DNA of 31,528 bases from Verrucomicrobiota bacterium (GTDB lineage: Bacteria; Verrucomicrobiota; Verrucomicrobiia; Limisphaerales; Palsa-1400): NCBI GenBank assembly GCA_049510745.1, contig JBEKYR010000054.1:1-31528 (forward strand), in the 5' to 3' direction. The notes below the pieces were generated by a model. That model saw only the letters and a program-made list of their open reading frames with translations. It had not been told where the DNA came from and ran no database searches. The position numbers and the translations under genes are program-made. Positions 1-9,500 of the stretch are shown here, one piece after another (within the stretch, counting starts at the first letter, position 1; each line of letters opens with the position of its first letter).

Positions 1-254
1 TCGCGACCGAGGCGGGGATGATTCACCGCTTGCGCAAGGAATGCCCGGGCAAGCGGTTCATTCCCGTGCCGGTGGAGAACTGCCGCTGCAACGAGTGCAA
101 ATTCATGAAGATGAACACCCTGGAGAAGCTGCATGACTGCATGGAAAACCTCAGCCCGCGCGTCGAGTTAAGCCGGGACATCATCGAACGCGCCCGCCGG
201 CCCATCGAGCGCATGCTGCAAATTTCCTCCCAAACGCTGGCCAATGCCGGCTGA
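1..254 (+). CDS. nadA: Quinolinate synthase, C-terminal part (gene runs off the window start)
   Basis: Frame open from the window edge: ATEAGMIHRL...CRCNECKFMKMNTLEKL...ARRPIERML, the NadA C-terminus with the CxxMK Fe-S ligand motif. Confidence 0.93.
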   Translation, partial: ATEAGMIHRLRKECPGKRFIPVPVENCRCNECKFMKMNTLEKLHDCMENLSPRVELSRDIIERARRPIERMLQISSQTLANAG

Positions 255-259
255 CCGCT

Positions 260-1099
260 TCATGGCCCGGCCTCTTTGAGCAGCGCACCGAGCCGGCCGG
301 CCCACTGGGCGAGGTCAAAGTTCTGCGGGTCGTCGTGCGCGTCGGGAATGCCCGCGTCCACCGCCGCGTGATAGGCCGGAACCATCCATTGGCCGTGTTC
401 GACACTGGCCGTCAAGTAGAGCAACGCCAGCCGGTCCAGCATCGGCCCGGTGAACCCCGGCTCCGGCGCAATGACATCGTTGCCGGGCGCGCCCCGCGGA
501 TCGGAACGGCGCGGCATCGTGTTCTCGACGTGGACGAACAGGCCCCGGCTCTGCTCCCGCGAAATGGTTCTCGATTCAAACTTGGTCGCGCGCCACGGCT
601 CGGTGAATTCGTGCGTCGTGATCGATTCCCCGGTGCGGCTCACAAAAATATGCGCGACAGGCCGCTTCTTCCAGACTTCCAGGTCGTTCAGCCGCCAGCC
701 CGGCTCGTTGATGTCCGCCGGAAACGGCTTCTCCCCGTAATTCGGCGTGCTCGTGTCGTGGATGACAAAGTATTTCGCCCGCAGCACATTGGTGATCGGC
801 CCGCCCACGTCGGCCTCGGCGATGTGGTGCGACGCCAGATACCGGCGCAACGCGTCGCGGGTGATTCCGACGGGCCTGCCGATCAGATGCTCCAGCGGCT
901 CCGGCAGGACCGCCAGCGGTTCGCCGACGCCTCCGCCGCGCAGGGGCGGGCGCAGAAGGCATTTCGCCTGCTCCAGCGGCGTGCCCGCGAACTCCAGTTT
1001 GTTCGTGTCAAAGGGGCAGGCAGCTTCGCCGCCCCGGCAGGCCGCCGCCATCGGCAGCAGCGCCAGCGCAATCAAGCATATTTTCATCGCATTCATCAC
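260..1099 (-). CDS. Exported N-acetylmuramoyl-L-alanine amidase-like protein (Amidase_2/PGRP fold)
   Basis: Signal peptide with a weak lipobox (MAAAC). Motifs YFVIHDT, AHIFV, PWRA, HVEN, YH and HDDP occur in the order of the AmpD/AmiD zinc and catalytic motifs. The start may be ATG 1096 or 1087. Confidence 0.7.
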   Translation of the reverse strand: MMNAMKICLIALALLPMAAACRGGEAACPFDTNKLEFAGTPLEQAKCLLRPPLRGGGVGEPLAVLPEPLEHLIGRPVGITRDALRRYLASHHIAEADVGGPITNVLRAKYFVIHDTSTPNYGEKPFPADINEPGWRLNDLEVWKKRPVAHIFVSRTGESITTHEFTEPWRATKFESRTISREQSRGLFVHVENTMPRRSDPRGAPGNDVIAPEPGFTGPMLDRLALLYLTASVEHGQWMVPAYHAAVDAGIPDAHDDPQNFDLAQWAGRLGALLKEAGP

Positions 1100-1173
1100 T
1101 GTTCATCCAGCATCGCATCAACCCGCGCGAATTGACAGCCGCGATTCCGCAAACCAGGCCGCGCCAATCCGCT

Positions 1174-2523
1174 TTAGGGCCGGGCGGCGGCGCGCCGCAG
1201 CCAGAAATAAACCGGCAGGCCCAACGCGATCAGCCCCAGGCCGGCGGCGGATTCCACCGGGCTGGTGCGCAGCGTGTTGCACAGCAGCCAGACCGCCACC
1301 ACGACAAAGAGCAGCGGCACCAGCGGATAGCCCAGGGTTTTATAGGGACGCGGCGTGTCCGGCAATTTTTTCCGCAGAACGAAAACGGCCAGCGTGGTGG
1401 CGGCGTAAAAAATCATGCCGGCGAAAATCACGCAATCCGTCAGTTGATCGAAGGTGGCCGACAAGGCCAGAACGGCCGCCCAAATCCCTTGAAGGAGGAT
1501 CGACGCCACCGGCACCGCCGAGCGGTCGTTGAGCCGGGCGAAACGCGCGAAGAACAACCCGTCGCGCGCCATGGCGTACGGAATCCGCGCGGCGGTGAGG
1601 ATCGAGCCGTTCAGCACGCCGATGGTTGACAGCAATGCCGCCAGCGCCACCCATTGCGCGCCAAAGCGGGGCAGGAAAGTTTCGGCCGCTTTGGCCGCCA
1701 CGGGCAGGGCCGTCCCGTGCAGCGTCGAACTGGAGGAGGCGATGGCGTCCATCGGCAGCGCGTAACAGTAGGCCAGGTTCAACACGCCATAGACCAGCAG
1801 AACGATGGCCATGCCCAAAATCAGCGCGCGCGGTATATTGCGCCCCGGCTCCCGCACTTCGCCCGCCGCCATCGGCATGTTGTTCCACCCGTCGAAGGCC
1901 CACAGCGCCGACAACATCGCCGCGCCGAACGCGGGAAAACCGCACCACGCCGCCGCCCCGGCCGGCGCGCGCAAATGCTCCCACGTTGCCGAAGGGGCGA
2001 AGAAAAAGACGCCAACCGCGATGGAAGCGATGGCCAGCACTTTGGCCAGCGTCAACACCGCCTGCACCCGCCCCCCGATGGTGACGCGCAGACAATTGAT
2101 CGCCGTAAAAACCAGGATGACTCCGACTGCCACCAACCGTTGCGCCCAGGCCCAATTCAATGGCGCCAGCGCCGACAGAAAGGTCGCAAACGCCGCGCCG
2201 AAACTGGCGATGGACCCGGTCGAACCGACCGCCAGCCGCATCCAGCCAAAGAGGAAGGCCGGCAGGTCGCCGTAAGCGGCCCGCAGATAGACGTATTCGC
2301 CGCCCGCGTCCGGCAGCATCGCGCCCAACTCCGCGTAGCTCAACGCGCCGGCCAGCGAGAGCAGGCCCGCCGCCAACCATGCCAGCAACACTAGCGCCGG
2401 TGTGCCCACCGCCTGCGCCATCCGCGCCGTTTTCAGAAATACGCCCGTTCCAATAATCGTGCCCACGACCAGCGCGGTCGTCGCGCCCAAATCCAGCCCC
2501 CGAACCAGTTCGCGCTTGCTCAT
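1174..2523 (-). CDS. APC-superfamily amino acid permease (LAT/SteT-like)
   Basis: GTIIGTGVF, GALSYAELGAMLPDAGGEYVYL, AFDGW, ARIPYAMARDG and RPYK motifs; about 12 TM segments; 4-nt ATGA overlap with the upstream gene. Confidence 0.93.
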   Translation of the reverse strand: MSKRELVRGLDLGATTALVVGTIIGTGVFLKTARMAQAVGTPALVLLAWLAAGLLSLAGALSYAELGAMLPDAGGEYVYLRAAYGDLPAFLFGWMRLAVGSTGSIASFGAAFATFLSALAPLNWAWAQRLVAVGVILVFTAINCLRVTIGGRVQAVLTLAKVLAIASIAVGVFFFAPSATWEHLRAPAGAAAWCGFPAFGAAMLSALWAFDGWNNMPMAAGEVREPGRNIPRALILGMAIVLLVYGVLNLAYCYALPMDAIASSSSTLHGTALPVAAKAAETFLPRFGAQWVALAALLSTIGVLNGSILTAARIPYAMARDGLFFARFARLNDRSAVPVASILLQGIWAAVLALSATFDQLTDCVIFAGMIFYAATTLAVFVLRKKLPDTPRPYKTLGYPLVPLLFVVVAVWLLCNTLRTSPVESAAGLGLIALGLPVYFWLRRAAARP

Positions 2524-3839
2524 GGCCCGCGGAATACCATCCGGCAGATGATCACCGATGCGACGACCCCGGCAAAGTCCGCCAGCAGCCCCGCCGCCAC
2601 CGCGTGGCGCGTCCGACGGATGCCCACCGACCCGAAATAAACCGCAATGACGTAGAAAGTCGTTTCCGTGCTGCCGAGGATTGTTCCCGCCATCATGCTG
2701 TAAATGGAATTGGGGCCGTAGGTTTTGACCACGTCCGTCACCAGGGCGATGCTGCCGCTGCCGCTCAGCGGTCGCATCAGCGCCAGCGACAGGAGTTCGG
2801 GCGGGAATCGGAAAAAGTCCAGGGCGGGCTTGAGCGCCTTTGCCACCAAATCAATCCCATGCGCGCCCCGGAACATTCCGACCGCCGCCAGTATCGTCAC
2901 CAGGAATGGAATAATGCGGATGGCCACCCCAAATCCTTCCTTGGCCCCTTCCACAAATTCCTCATAGACCTTGATTCGCCGCAACGCCGCGTAAAGAGGA
3001 AAGAACGACAGAAAAAACGGGATGGCCAGCAGCGACACGGCCCTGACCGTGCGCGCGAAGGCTCCCATCGCGGGGCCGGCCGTGGCCGCGAAGGCCAGCC
3101 GGACGAACAGCCAGACAAAGAAGCCCGCGAATAAAATCAGCAGCACTTTTCCCCATTGGGTCAGTGGAGCCGCAGGGGCGCTTTCCGCCATCACCGCGTT
3201 GCCGCCAGCGGCGGGGACCGCCTTGGGCGCTTCTTCGCCGGCCGCCGGGTCGGCCCGGAAAATACGCAGCTTCTCGAAGGTCTTGACCGCCGTCAGGCCG
3301 ACGGTTTGTGAAACCACCGTCGCCATTAGCGCCGTGCCGACAATCGCCGTGGGATTGTTTCCGCCCGCCGCCGCCAGGATGGCTACCGCCGTCGTGGGGA
3401 TGAGCTGGACCGACGCGGTGTTGATGGTGAGAAAAGTACACATGGCGTTGGTGGCCGTGCCGGGATGGGGATTGAGCGTCTGCAATTCGGTCATCGCCCG
3501 CAGGCCCAGCGGCGTGGCGGCGTTGATCAGGCCCAGCATGTTGGCGGCGATGTTCATGACCATCGCTCCCATCGCCGGATGATCGGGCGGCACTTCCGGA
3601 AACAATCGCCGTAACACAGGCCGCAATCCCCGCGCCAGCAAAAGGATCAACCCGGACTTCTCCGCCAGGCGCATGACCCCCAGCCAAATGGTCATGATGG
3701 CCGACAACGGCAGCGCGATCTCCATCACGGCGGTTTTCGCCATGTCGAATGCCCCCTTGATCACGTCATCCAGGCAATTGTTCCATCCGCCGATGAGCAC
3801 CGCCGCGACGACCAGAACCAGCCAGATGTAATTGAGCAT
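2520..3839 (-). CDS. spmAB: Fused SpmA-SpmB (spore maturation protein / nucleoside-recognition Gate domain) membrane protein
   Basis: SpmA half: MLNYIW, RRLFPEVPPDHPA, NIAANMLGL.NAATPLGLRAM, INTASVQLIP. SpmB half: VYEEFVEGAKEG, LMRPLSGSGS, GSTETTFYVIAVYFGSVGIRRTRHA. Confidence 0.92.
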   Translation of the reverse strand: MLNYIWLVLVVAAVLIGGWNNCLDDVIKGAFDMAKTAVMEIALPLSAIMTIWLGVMRLAEKSGLILLLARGLRPVLRRLFPEVPPDHPAMGAMVMNIAANMLGLINAATPLGLRAMTELQTLNPHPGTATNAMCTFLTINTASVQLIPTTAVAILAAAGGNNPTAIVGTALMATVVSQTVGLTAVKTFEKLRIFRADPAAGEEAPKAVPAAGGNAVMAESAPAAPLTQWGKVLLILFAGFFVWLFVRLAFAATAGPAMGAFARTVRAVSLLAIPFFLSFFPLYAALRRIKVYEEFVEGAKEGFGVAIRIIPFLVTILAAVGMFRGAHGIDLVAKALKPALDFFRFPPELLSLALMRPLSGSGSIALVTDVVKTYGPNSIYSMMAGTILGSTETTFYVIAVYFGSVGIRRTRHAVAAGLLADFAGVVASVIICRMVFRGP

Positions 3840-3851
3840 GGGCGCGGGTGG

Positions 3852-4667
3852 TTAGGGGCTTTCTTTGCCGGAACCGGCGCCCTCCGGCGCGGACGGCGGC
3901 GGCAACCGCCACTCTTGCTGGAATCGCTCGTATTCCGGCAGCGGAAGTTGCACCAGGACGGGACTCGACCGCGGGTCCAGCCAGCCGACAAGACTTTCCA
4001 TCGCTCCGACGCTCATCGCGGTGCAACCGCTGGTGGGCACACCCGGCCCCTTCCAAATATGCAGAAAAATGCACGAGCCGCCGCCCGCCTCGGCCGGCCC
4101 GCTGTTGTGCTCGACAAACACCCCCAGGCGATACTCGTCATCGGCCAGCCGCATTTTTTCCGAGCTTTTCCAATCGACCTTCTCCACCGACCGCCGGTCC
4201 TTCACAATGTTGTAGTAGGCCGAATTCGTATCATCGACGCATTCCACCGAAGCCGTGCATTGGATGTAGGGCAATCGAATGGCGCGCACGGCCTCAGGCG
4301 GGGCGTAACCAAAACTATAAGGAAGCCGAAAAACCCCTGCGGGACTTCGTCCATCTCCCTCCCGTTTTTGCGGGCCGGACAGATGCGGCGGGTGCATTCC
4401 AATGCCCCAGCCCAGACCGTTTCTGCCCAGCACGACGGGCAGGCACGGCCCGACCGGATGCCAACGGAGCAGATCGAACTCAAACCGCTGCATCGACCCA
4501 TTCGTGGCGCTCCAATCCCCGGCCGTGACCACCACGATCTGGCGGGACTGCGCCAGCGCAGCCCAGACCGGCTCCGGCGATTGGGCGCGCAGCCATGCCG
4601 GCAGCAGACACAAAGCCATCAGCAGCCGCGCCCTGCACGATGGAAATATCTCAGGATTGGTTGACAA
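3852..4667 (-). CDS. Exported YkuD/L,D-transpeptidase-fold enzyme (COG3786-like)
   Basis: VVLGRNGLGWG, KREGDGRSPAGVF and catalytic His/Cys motif IFLHIW...PTSGCTAM; signal-peptide-like N-terminus; start uncertain. Confidence 0.85.
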   Translation of the reverse strand: MSTNPEIFPSCRARLLMALCLLPAWLRAQSPEPVWAALAQSRQIVVVTAGDWSATNGSMQRFEFDLLRWHPVGPCLPVVLGRNGLGWGIGMHPPHLSGPQKREGDGRSPAGVFRLPYSFGYAPPEAVRAIRLPYIQCTASVECVDDTNSAYYNIVKDRRSVEKVDWKSSEKMRLADDEYRLGVFVEHNSGPAEAGGGSCIFLHIWKGPGVPTSGCTAMSVGAMESLVGWLDPRSSPVLVQLPLPEYERFQQEWRLPPPSAPEGAGSGKESP

Positions 4668-4709
4668 TTTGACCGTTTTGTTACGAAATATCTTTTAACG
4701 ACTTCGCAA

Positions 4710-4862
4710 GTGCGCAAAAAGGAAAAAAGCCATTATTATTTGCTTCCGGGACAGGGACGGGGGGCGCGCAGGCGCTTTCTGCGCAACATGATTGTTGCCC
4801 TGATCGTCGGTTCCATCACCGCGGGTTTGCTCTTTTGGCTCTTCTACTCTCTTGAACAATAG
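4710..4862 (+). CDS. Small single-pass membrane protein (50 aa), below the ORF-track cutoff
   Basis: GTG 4710 to TAG 4862: MRKKEKSHYYLLPGQGRGARRRFLRNMIVALIVGSITAGLLFWLFYSLEQ; basic N-terminus then one hydrophobic helix. Confidence 0.6.
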   Translation: MRKKEKSHYYLLPGQGRGARRRFLRNMIVALIVGSITAGLLFWLFYSLEQ

Positions 4863-4986
4863 CGCGCCCGCCAGACCGATCCTTGCCGTGTCCGGTCTGA
4901 CGGTGCGTCGCGGGCCGGCCCTCATCCTCGATGCCGTCTCCTGGCGCGTCCAACCGGGGCAACACGGCGTCGGGGAAATCCTGTAG
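4852..4986 (+). pseudogene. Truncated ABC transporter ATP-binding protein (N-terminal 44 codons only)
   Basis: TTG 4852: MNNSAPARPILAVSGLTVRRGPALILDAVSWRVQPGQHGVGEIL*. Typical ABC ATPase N-terminus that stops just before the expected Walker A. Confidence 0.7.
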
Positions 4987-6431
4987 TGTCACCTCCAGCA
5001 ATCCAATCGAACTCGCAGTCGCCCGGCGCCTTCAGCAAGCGCCTCTTGCCTTGGCTGGTCGCCATGGCCTTTTTCATGGAGTCGCTCGACACGACGATCC
5101 TCAATACCGCCGTTCCCGCCATTGCGCAGGCGCTCGGAGTCGTTCCGCTCAGCATGAAGTCGGTGCTCGCCAGTTACACCTTGAGCCTGGCCGTTTTCAT
5201 TCCGATTAGCGGCTGGATGGCGGACCGCTTCGGCACGCGCCGGGTGTTTGCGTCCGCCATTGCTCTCTTCACCCTCGGTTCCCTTCTCTGCGGCATCTGC
5301 GGCAACATCCACCTGCTGGTGGCTTGCCGCATTCTGCAAGGCTGCGGCGGCGCCATGATGGTGCCGGTGGGCCGGCTGACCTTGGTGCGAACGTTCGCCA
5401 AATCCGAACTCATCCGCGCCATGACCTTCGTCGCCATCCCCGGTCTGATTGGCCCCATGCTCGGTCCATTTGTCGGCGGCGTCATCGTCGGATACTTTCA
5501 TTGGAGAGTCATCTTTTTCGTCAACATCCCCATTGGCCTGCTCGGCCTGTATCTGGTCTATCGGCATCTCCCGGACTACCGCGAACCAACCAATCCGCTT
5601 GACACCGTCGGACTCATCCTCTTCGGCTCCGGCATCGCGCTGCTTTCCTATGTGCTCGAGGTCTTTGGCGAACACACCCTGGGCGGATTGGAAATCCTGG
5701 GGTTGCTGGCCCTTTCCCTCTTGCTCCTGGCGGGCTATGGCCTGCACACCGCCAGCACCCCCTTTCCTTTGCTGCGCCTGGCCTTGTTCGGCCTCCGCAC
5801 CTTTCGCGCCGCCGTCGCGGGCGGATTCATCACCCGCATCGGCATCGGGGGAATCCCTTTTCTCTTCCCGCTTCTTTACCAGGTCGGCCTCGGCTTCACG
5901 CCCATTCAATCCGGCCTTCTCATGATGCCGCAAGCCGTGGCGGCCATGAGCCTCAAGGTCACGATGCCGGGCATTCTCGCTCGCTTCGGCTACCGCGCCG
6001 TGCTCAATTCCAACACCGTTATCCTCGGCCTGCTCATCCTGTCCTTTGCGACCATTGGCGTCGGCACGCCGGTGTGGCTGATCGTGGCGCAGGCCTTTGT
6101 TTTTGGGTTCTTCAGCTCGCTCCAATACACCAGCATGAACACGCTGGTCTATGCGGACGTGACCGAGAAAGACACCAGCGGCGCCAGCACCATCGCCAGC
6201 ACCCTGCAACAGTTGGCGATCAGTTTCGGCGTTGCCTCCGCCTCGCTCGCCACGGCCGTCTTCATCCCCGACCGTTTTCGTTCCAACGCGCCCGAAATGA
6301 TCCACGGCATCCACCAGGCCTTTCTCGTCCTGGGCGCCTGGACCATCCTCTCCACCCTCGTGTTCCGGGACCTGAAAGCCGGCGATGGCGCCGCCGTCAC
6401 CCACCACAAAGGCGCCCTGCCTGCCGGGTGA
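4986..6431 (+). CDS. MFS drug:H+ antiporter, DHA2 (EmrB/QacA, HsrA-like) family
   Basis: FMESLDTTILNTAVP, GWMADRFGTRRVF (motif A), RILQGCGGAM, GPMLGPFVGG, WRVIFFVNIPIG; about 14 TM segments. Confidence 0.93.
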   Translation: MSPPAIQSNSQSPGAFSKRLLPWLVAMAFFMESLDTTILNTAVPAIAQALGVVPLSMKSVLASYTLSLAVFIPISGWMADRFGTRRVFASAIALFTLGSLLCGICGNIHLLVACRILQGCGGAMMVPVGRLTLVRTFAKSELIRAMTFVAIPGLIGPMLGPFVGGVIVGYFHWRVIFFVNIPIGLLGLYLVYRHLPDYREPTNPLDTVGLILFGSGIALLSYVLEVFGEHTLGGLEILGLLALSLLLLAGYGLHTASTPFPLLRLALFGLRTFRAAVAGGFITRIGIGGIPFLFPLLYQVGLGFTPIQSGLLMMPQAVAAMSLKVTMPGILARFGYRAVLNSNTVILGLLILSFATIGVGTPVWLIVAQAFVFGFFSSLQYTSMNTLVYADVTEKDTSGASTIASTLQQLAISFGVASASLATAVFIPDRFRSNAPEMIHGIHQAFLVLGAWTILSTLVFRDLKAGDGAAVTHHKGALPAG

Positions 6432-6513
6432 GCAATTTGTTGCGATTCCGAAATGACGCGGGCAAACTCTTGCCGTTCCGAAAACGGGAACTCAAAACTC
6501 AAGCGACCTGTCC

Positions 6514-9500
6514 GTGAACTATACTGAAATCCTCAACGCCCTGCGCGAGTTCACTTCTCGCACACGAATTGAGTTTTTGCCGCCGGCCCCCGCGGCAGCG
6601 CCCCTTTCAGATTACGCCCCAATCCAAAAGTACGTCCTCGACCTCAAGAACGTCGTCAAACCCGAAACTGCCGCCGAAGACCTTTTCACCGCCCTCTGCA
6701 AAGACGTTCTGGGGTTTCAGCCCACCCGCCAGGTCGGCAGCCGCGAGGGATGGGTCGATTTCATGTTGCCCGAACCCAGGGGAGAACCTCTGCCCTTGGA
6801 ACTCAAGCCCCTCTTTCAACGCGACGGCCCCAATGCTCTTTGGCGGGCCGACGCCAACCCCCAGCAGCACGTCGCTCAGGTTAAAAAATATCTGCGCGAC
6901 CACGAATACCTCATTCTCACCGACCTTCGCACCGCCTGGTTTTTCAGCGCGCGCGATTTTTTCTTTGAACTCAAACCCTTTGCCGAGCTGCCCTTCGCCG
7001 ATTTCTTTGCCCGCTGCCGCGAAACCGGCAGCATCCTGGACACTCTGCGCCGCCTCGAGGACACGGCGGAAAAACCGGAACTGGAACAACAGTTTTTTGA
7101 AGACCTGAAAATCTGGTTCAACGAGTTCGACCGGGTCAAATGGACGCCGCCCGAACAAGCCGCCGAATCCATCATCCTCCTGATCAACAAGCTCATCTTC
7201 GCCCGCACGATCGAGGACTACGGCCTGGTGCAATACCGCTTCACGCAGGACGAATACACCCGCTTCACCAAGCTCTGGGAGCCAAAGGGCGCGCATCGCG
7301 TCGTGCCAAAGTTCCTCGATTTCTTCGAGGAGTTCTTTGACGAATACTACGACACCGAAATCTTTTCCCAGCGCATCTGGGCCCGCCTCGACAAAGACCC
7401 GGCCAATCTCCAGCGCTTTTGCAGCAAGCTCAACTTCGTTCTCGGCATCAATACTTGGGACCAGACTTTCAGCCGCGGCATCGTCCACTACAACTACCGC
7501 CGCATTGACGAGGACATTTTCGGCAAGAGTTACGAAATGTTTCTCGCCGCCAACCGCAAAGACGAGGGCATCTTCTACACCCCCGCCGCCATCACCCGCC
7601 CGATGGCCGATTCTTTGGTCAACTCCCTCGCCGGCAAACTCGTCGATGAAATCTGCCACGCCGTCTCCAGCCAGACATGCGATTTTGCCCGCGCCGATAA
7701 ACTCATGGCCCAACTCGCCGAAATCCGCGTCGCCGACACCGGCTGCGGCTCGGGCGGCTTCCTCATCAAAGTTCTCCGCGCTTTTTGGCAGCAGTACCAG
7801 CGCATCGATCAGGCCTCGGCTTGGGTGCAAAAAATCCTCAAGCCCGAAAACGGTGAAATGTATCTCGCCGAGATGCCGCCCAACGTCGAAGCCGCCATCG
7901 CCTTCCGCCGCCGCCAGAATCTTGACAACCGCCGCGTTCTCATCGCGCAGATTTTGCTCCGCCACATCTTCGGCGTGGACAAAGACCCGGGCGCGCTCGC
8001 GGTCGCCAAGACCAACATTTGGAAGGAAGCCGTCAAACTCTCGCCCGCCGACTACAACTATCGCCTGCTCAAAACCGATGTCGTTCGCATCCTGCCGAAC
8101 CTGGAATTGAATTTCCATTCCGCCGACTCGCTGGTGGACGTGGAACTGGGCAAACAGGCCGGCTGGCTGGCCGAATACCACCAGGCCGAGTTGAAAAAAC
8201 TCTCCGATCTCCGCGCCCGTTACATCGACGACCCAATGCGCCACGAGCCGCTGGAGGAGGCGCTCGCCTTGCGCAACAAAGTCCGCGCCAATTTGATCGA
8301 GCATTTCCAATCCGAAAATCTTCCATGCCCGCCGGGTTGTTTCGCCCTCCACTTCTGGCCCTGCTGGTTCACGCCCGACGGCAGGCAACGTGAAGTTTCG
8401 GGCTTCCACGGCATCATCGGCAACCCGCCGTGGGAAGGGTTCAAACCCATCCGCAAGGAATTCGCCGCCAATTTCTATCGCGGCAAACCGCAGTTCAGCA
8501 AAATGGGCATGGACGGCCCGGCGTTTGAGAAATGGTTTGAAGAAGAACTTAAAACGAACCAGGGATTTGCCGCCCGCTGGCGCGAACACGAGGCCTACTA
8601 CGAACGATACAAGGAATTCTTCGGCAAAACCTTTCAGCGGCAGGGCACAGGCGACTGGAATCTCTTCAAGCTTTTCATCGAGCGCGACCTCTCGCTCGTC
8701 CGGCAGGGCGGCCAATTCTCCCTGCTCGTGCCCAGTGGATTCCAGACCGACGAAGGCTGCGCCGATCTCCGCCGCTGGTTCATCACCGAACACCGATTGG
8801 ACGAACTGACCTCGTTTGAAAACCGCGGCTACACGGTCATCGAGAACGGCAGGGAAAAGACCAAGCACATTTTCCCGGACGTGGACAGCCGCTTCAAATT
8901 CGGCTTCTTCAAAGTCGTCAAAGGCGCGCCCACCTCGAAAGACCACGCCTTCGACGCGAGGTTTTATCTTCATGATCCGAAGGACGCCTTTGCAACGCCG
9001 ATTCGTTACAACCTTGAAATGGTTTCGGCCTTCTCACCCGATAATCTTGCGTTCATGGAATTTCGTACCCCTACAGATTACGAACTTGGAAAGAAGATTC
9101 GCGGTAATCACGCTTTGCTTGGAAGCCTGGGTTATCAGTTCCGTCGCGAGCTTCACCTGACCGGCGATGCAAGATTCCTGCACAAGTTGGGAAGCAAGAA
9201 ACTGGATTCTCACGAAATGCCGTTGTTAGAGGGGAAGTCAATCTTCCAATATGACGCGAAGTTCTCGCCGCCGTCTTGGTGTGTGGAGGAGTCGGAAGTT
9301 CGCGTTGAACTTTTGCGCAAAGAGGTCTTCCGAATCGCCGATTTCATCCGCGACAACGCGACGAAGGTCTTTGAAGGGAAACCTCTGCCGCAGACGCGAG
9401 ACGCAGTGGAGAAAGCAATTCAAGCTGTATTTGAGGACCGAAAGTTCAAGCTCCACTACGAGTTTGAAAGACTGGCCTATCGCGAGGTTGGAAGCTCGAC

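Noticed and set aside
6607..8973. 788-aa antisense ORF, and similar ones at 4989-6407, 11892-12974, 12932-14167, 21232-22626 and 22715-24403
   Set aside because: Shadow ORFs opposite well-supported genes, caused by high GC3; no recognisable motifs.
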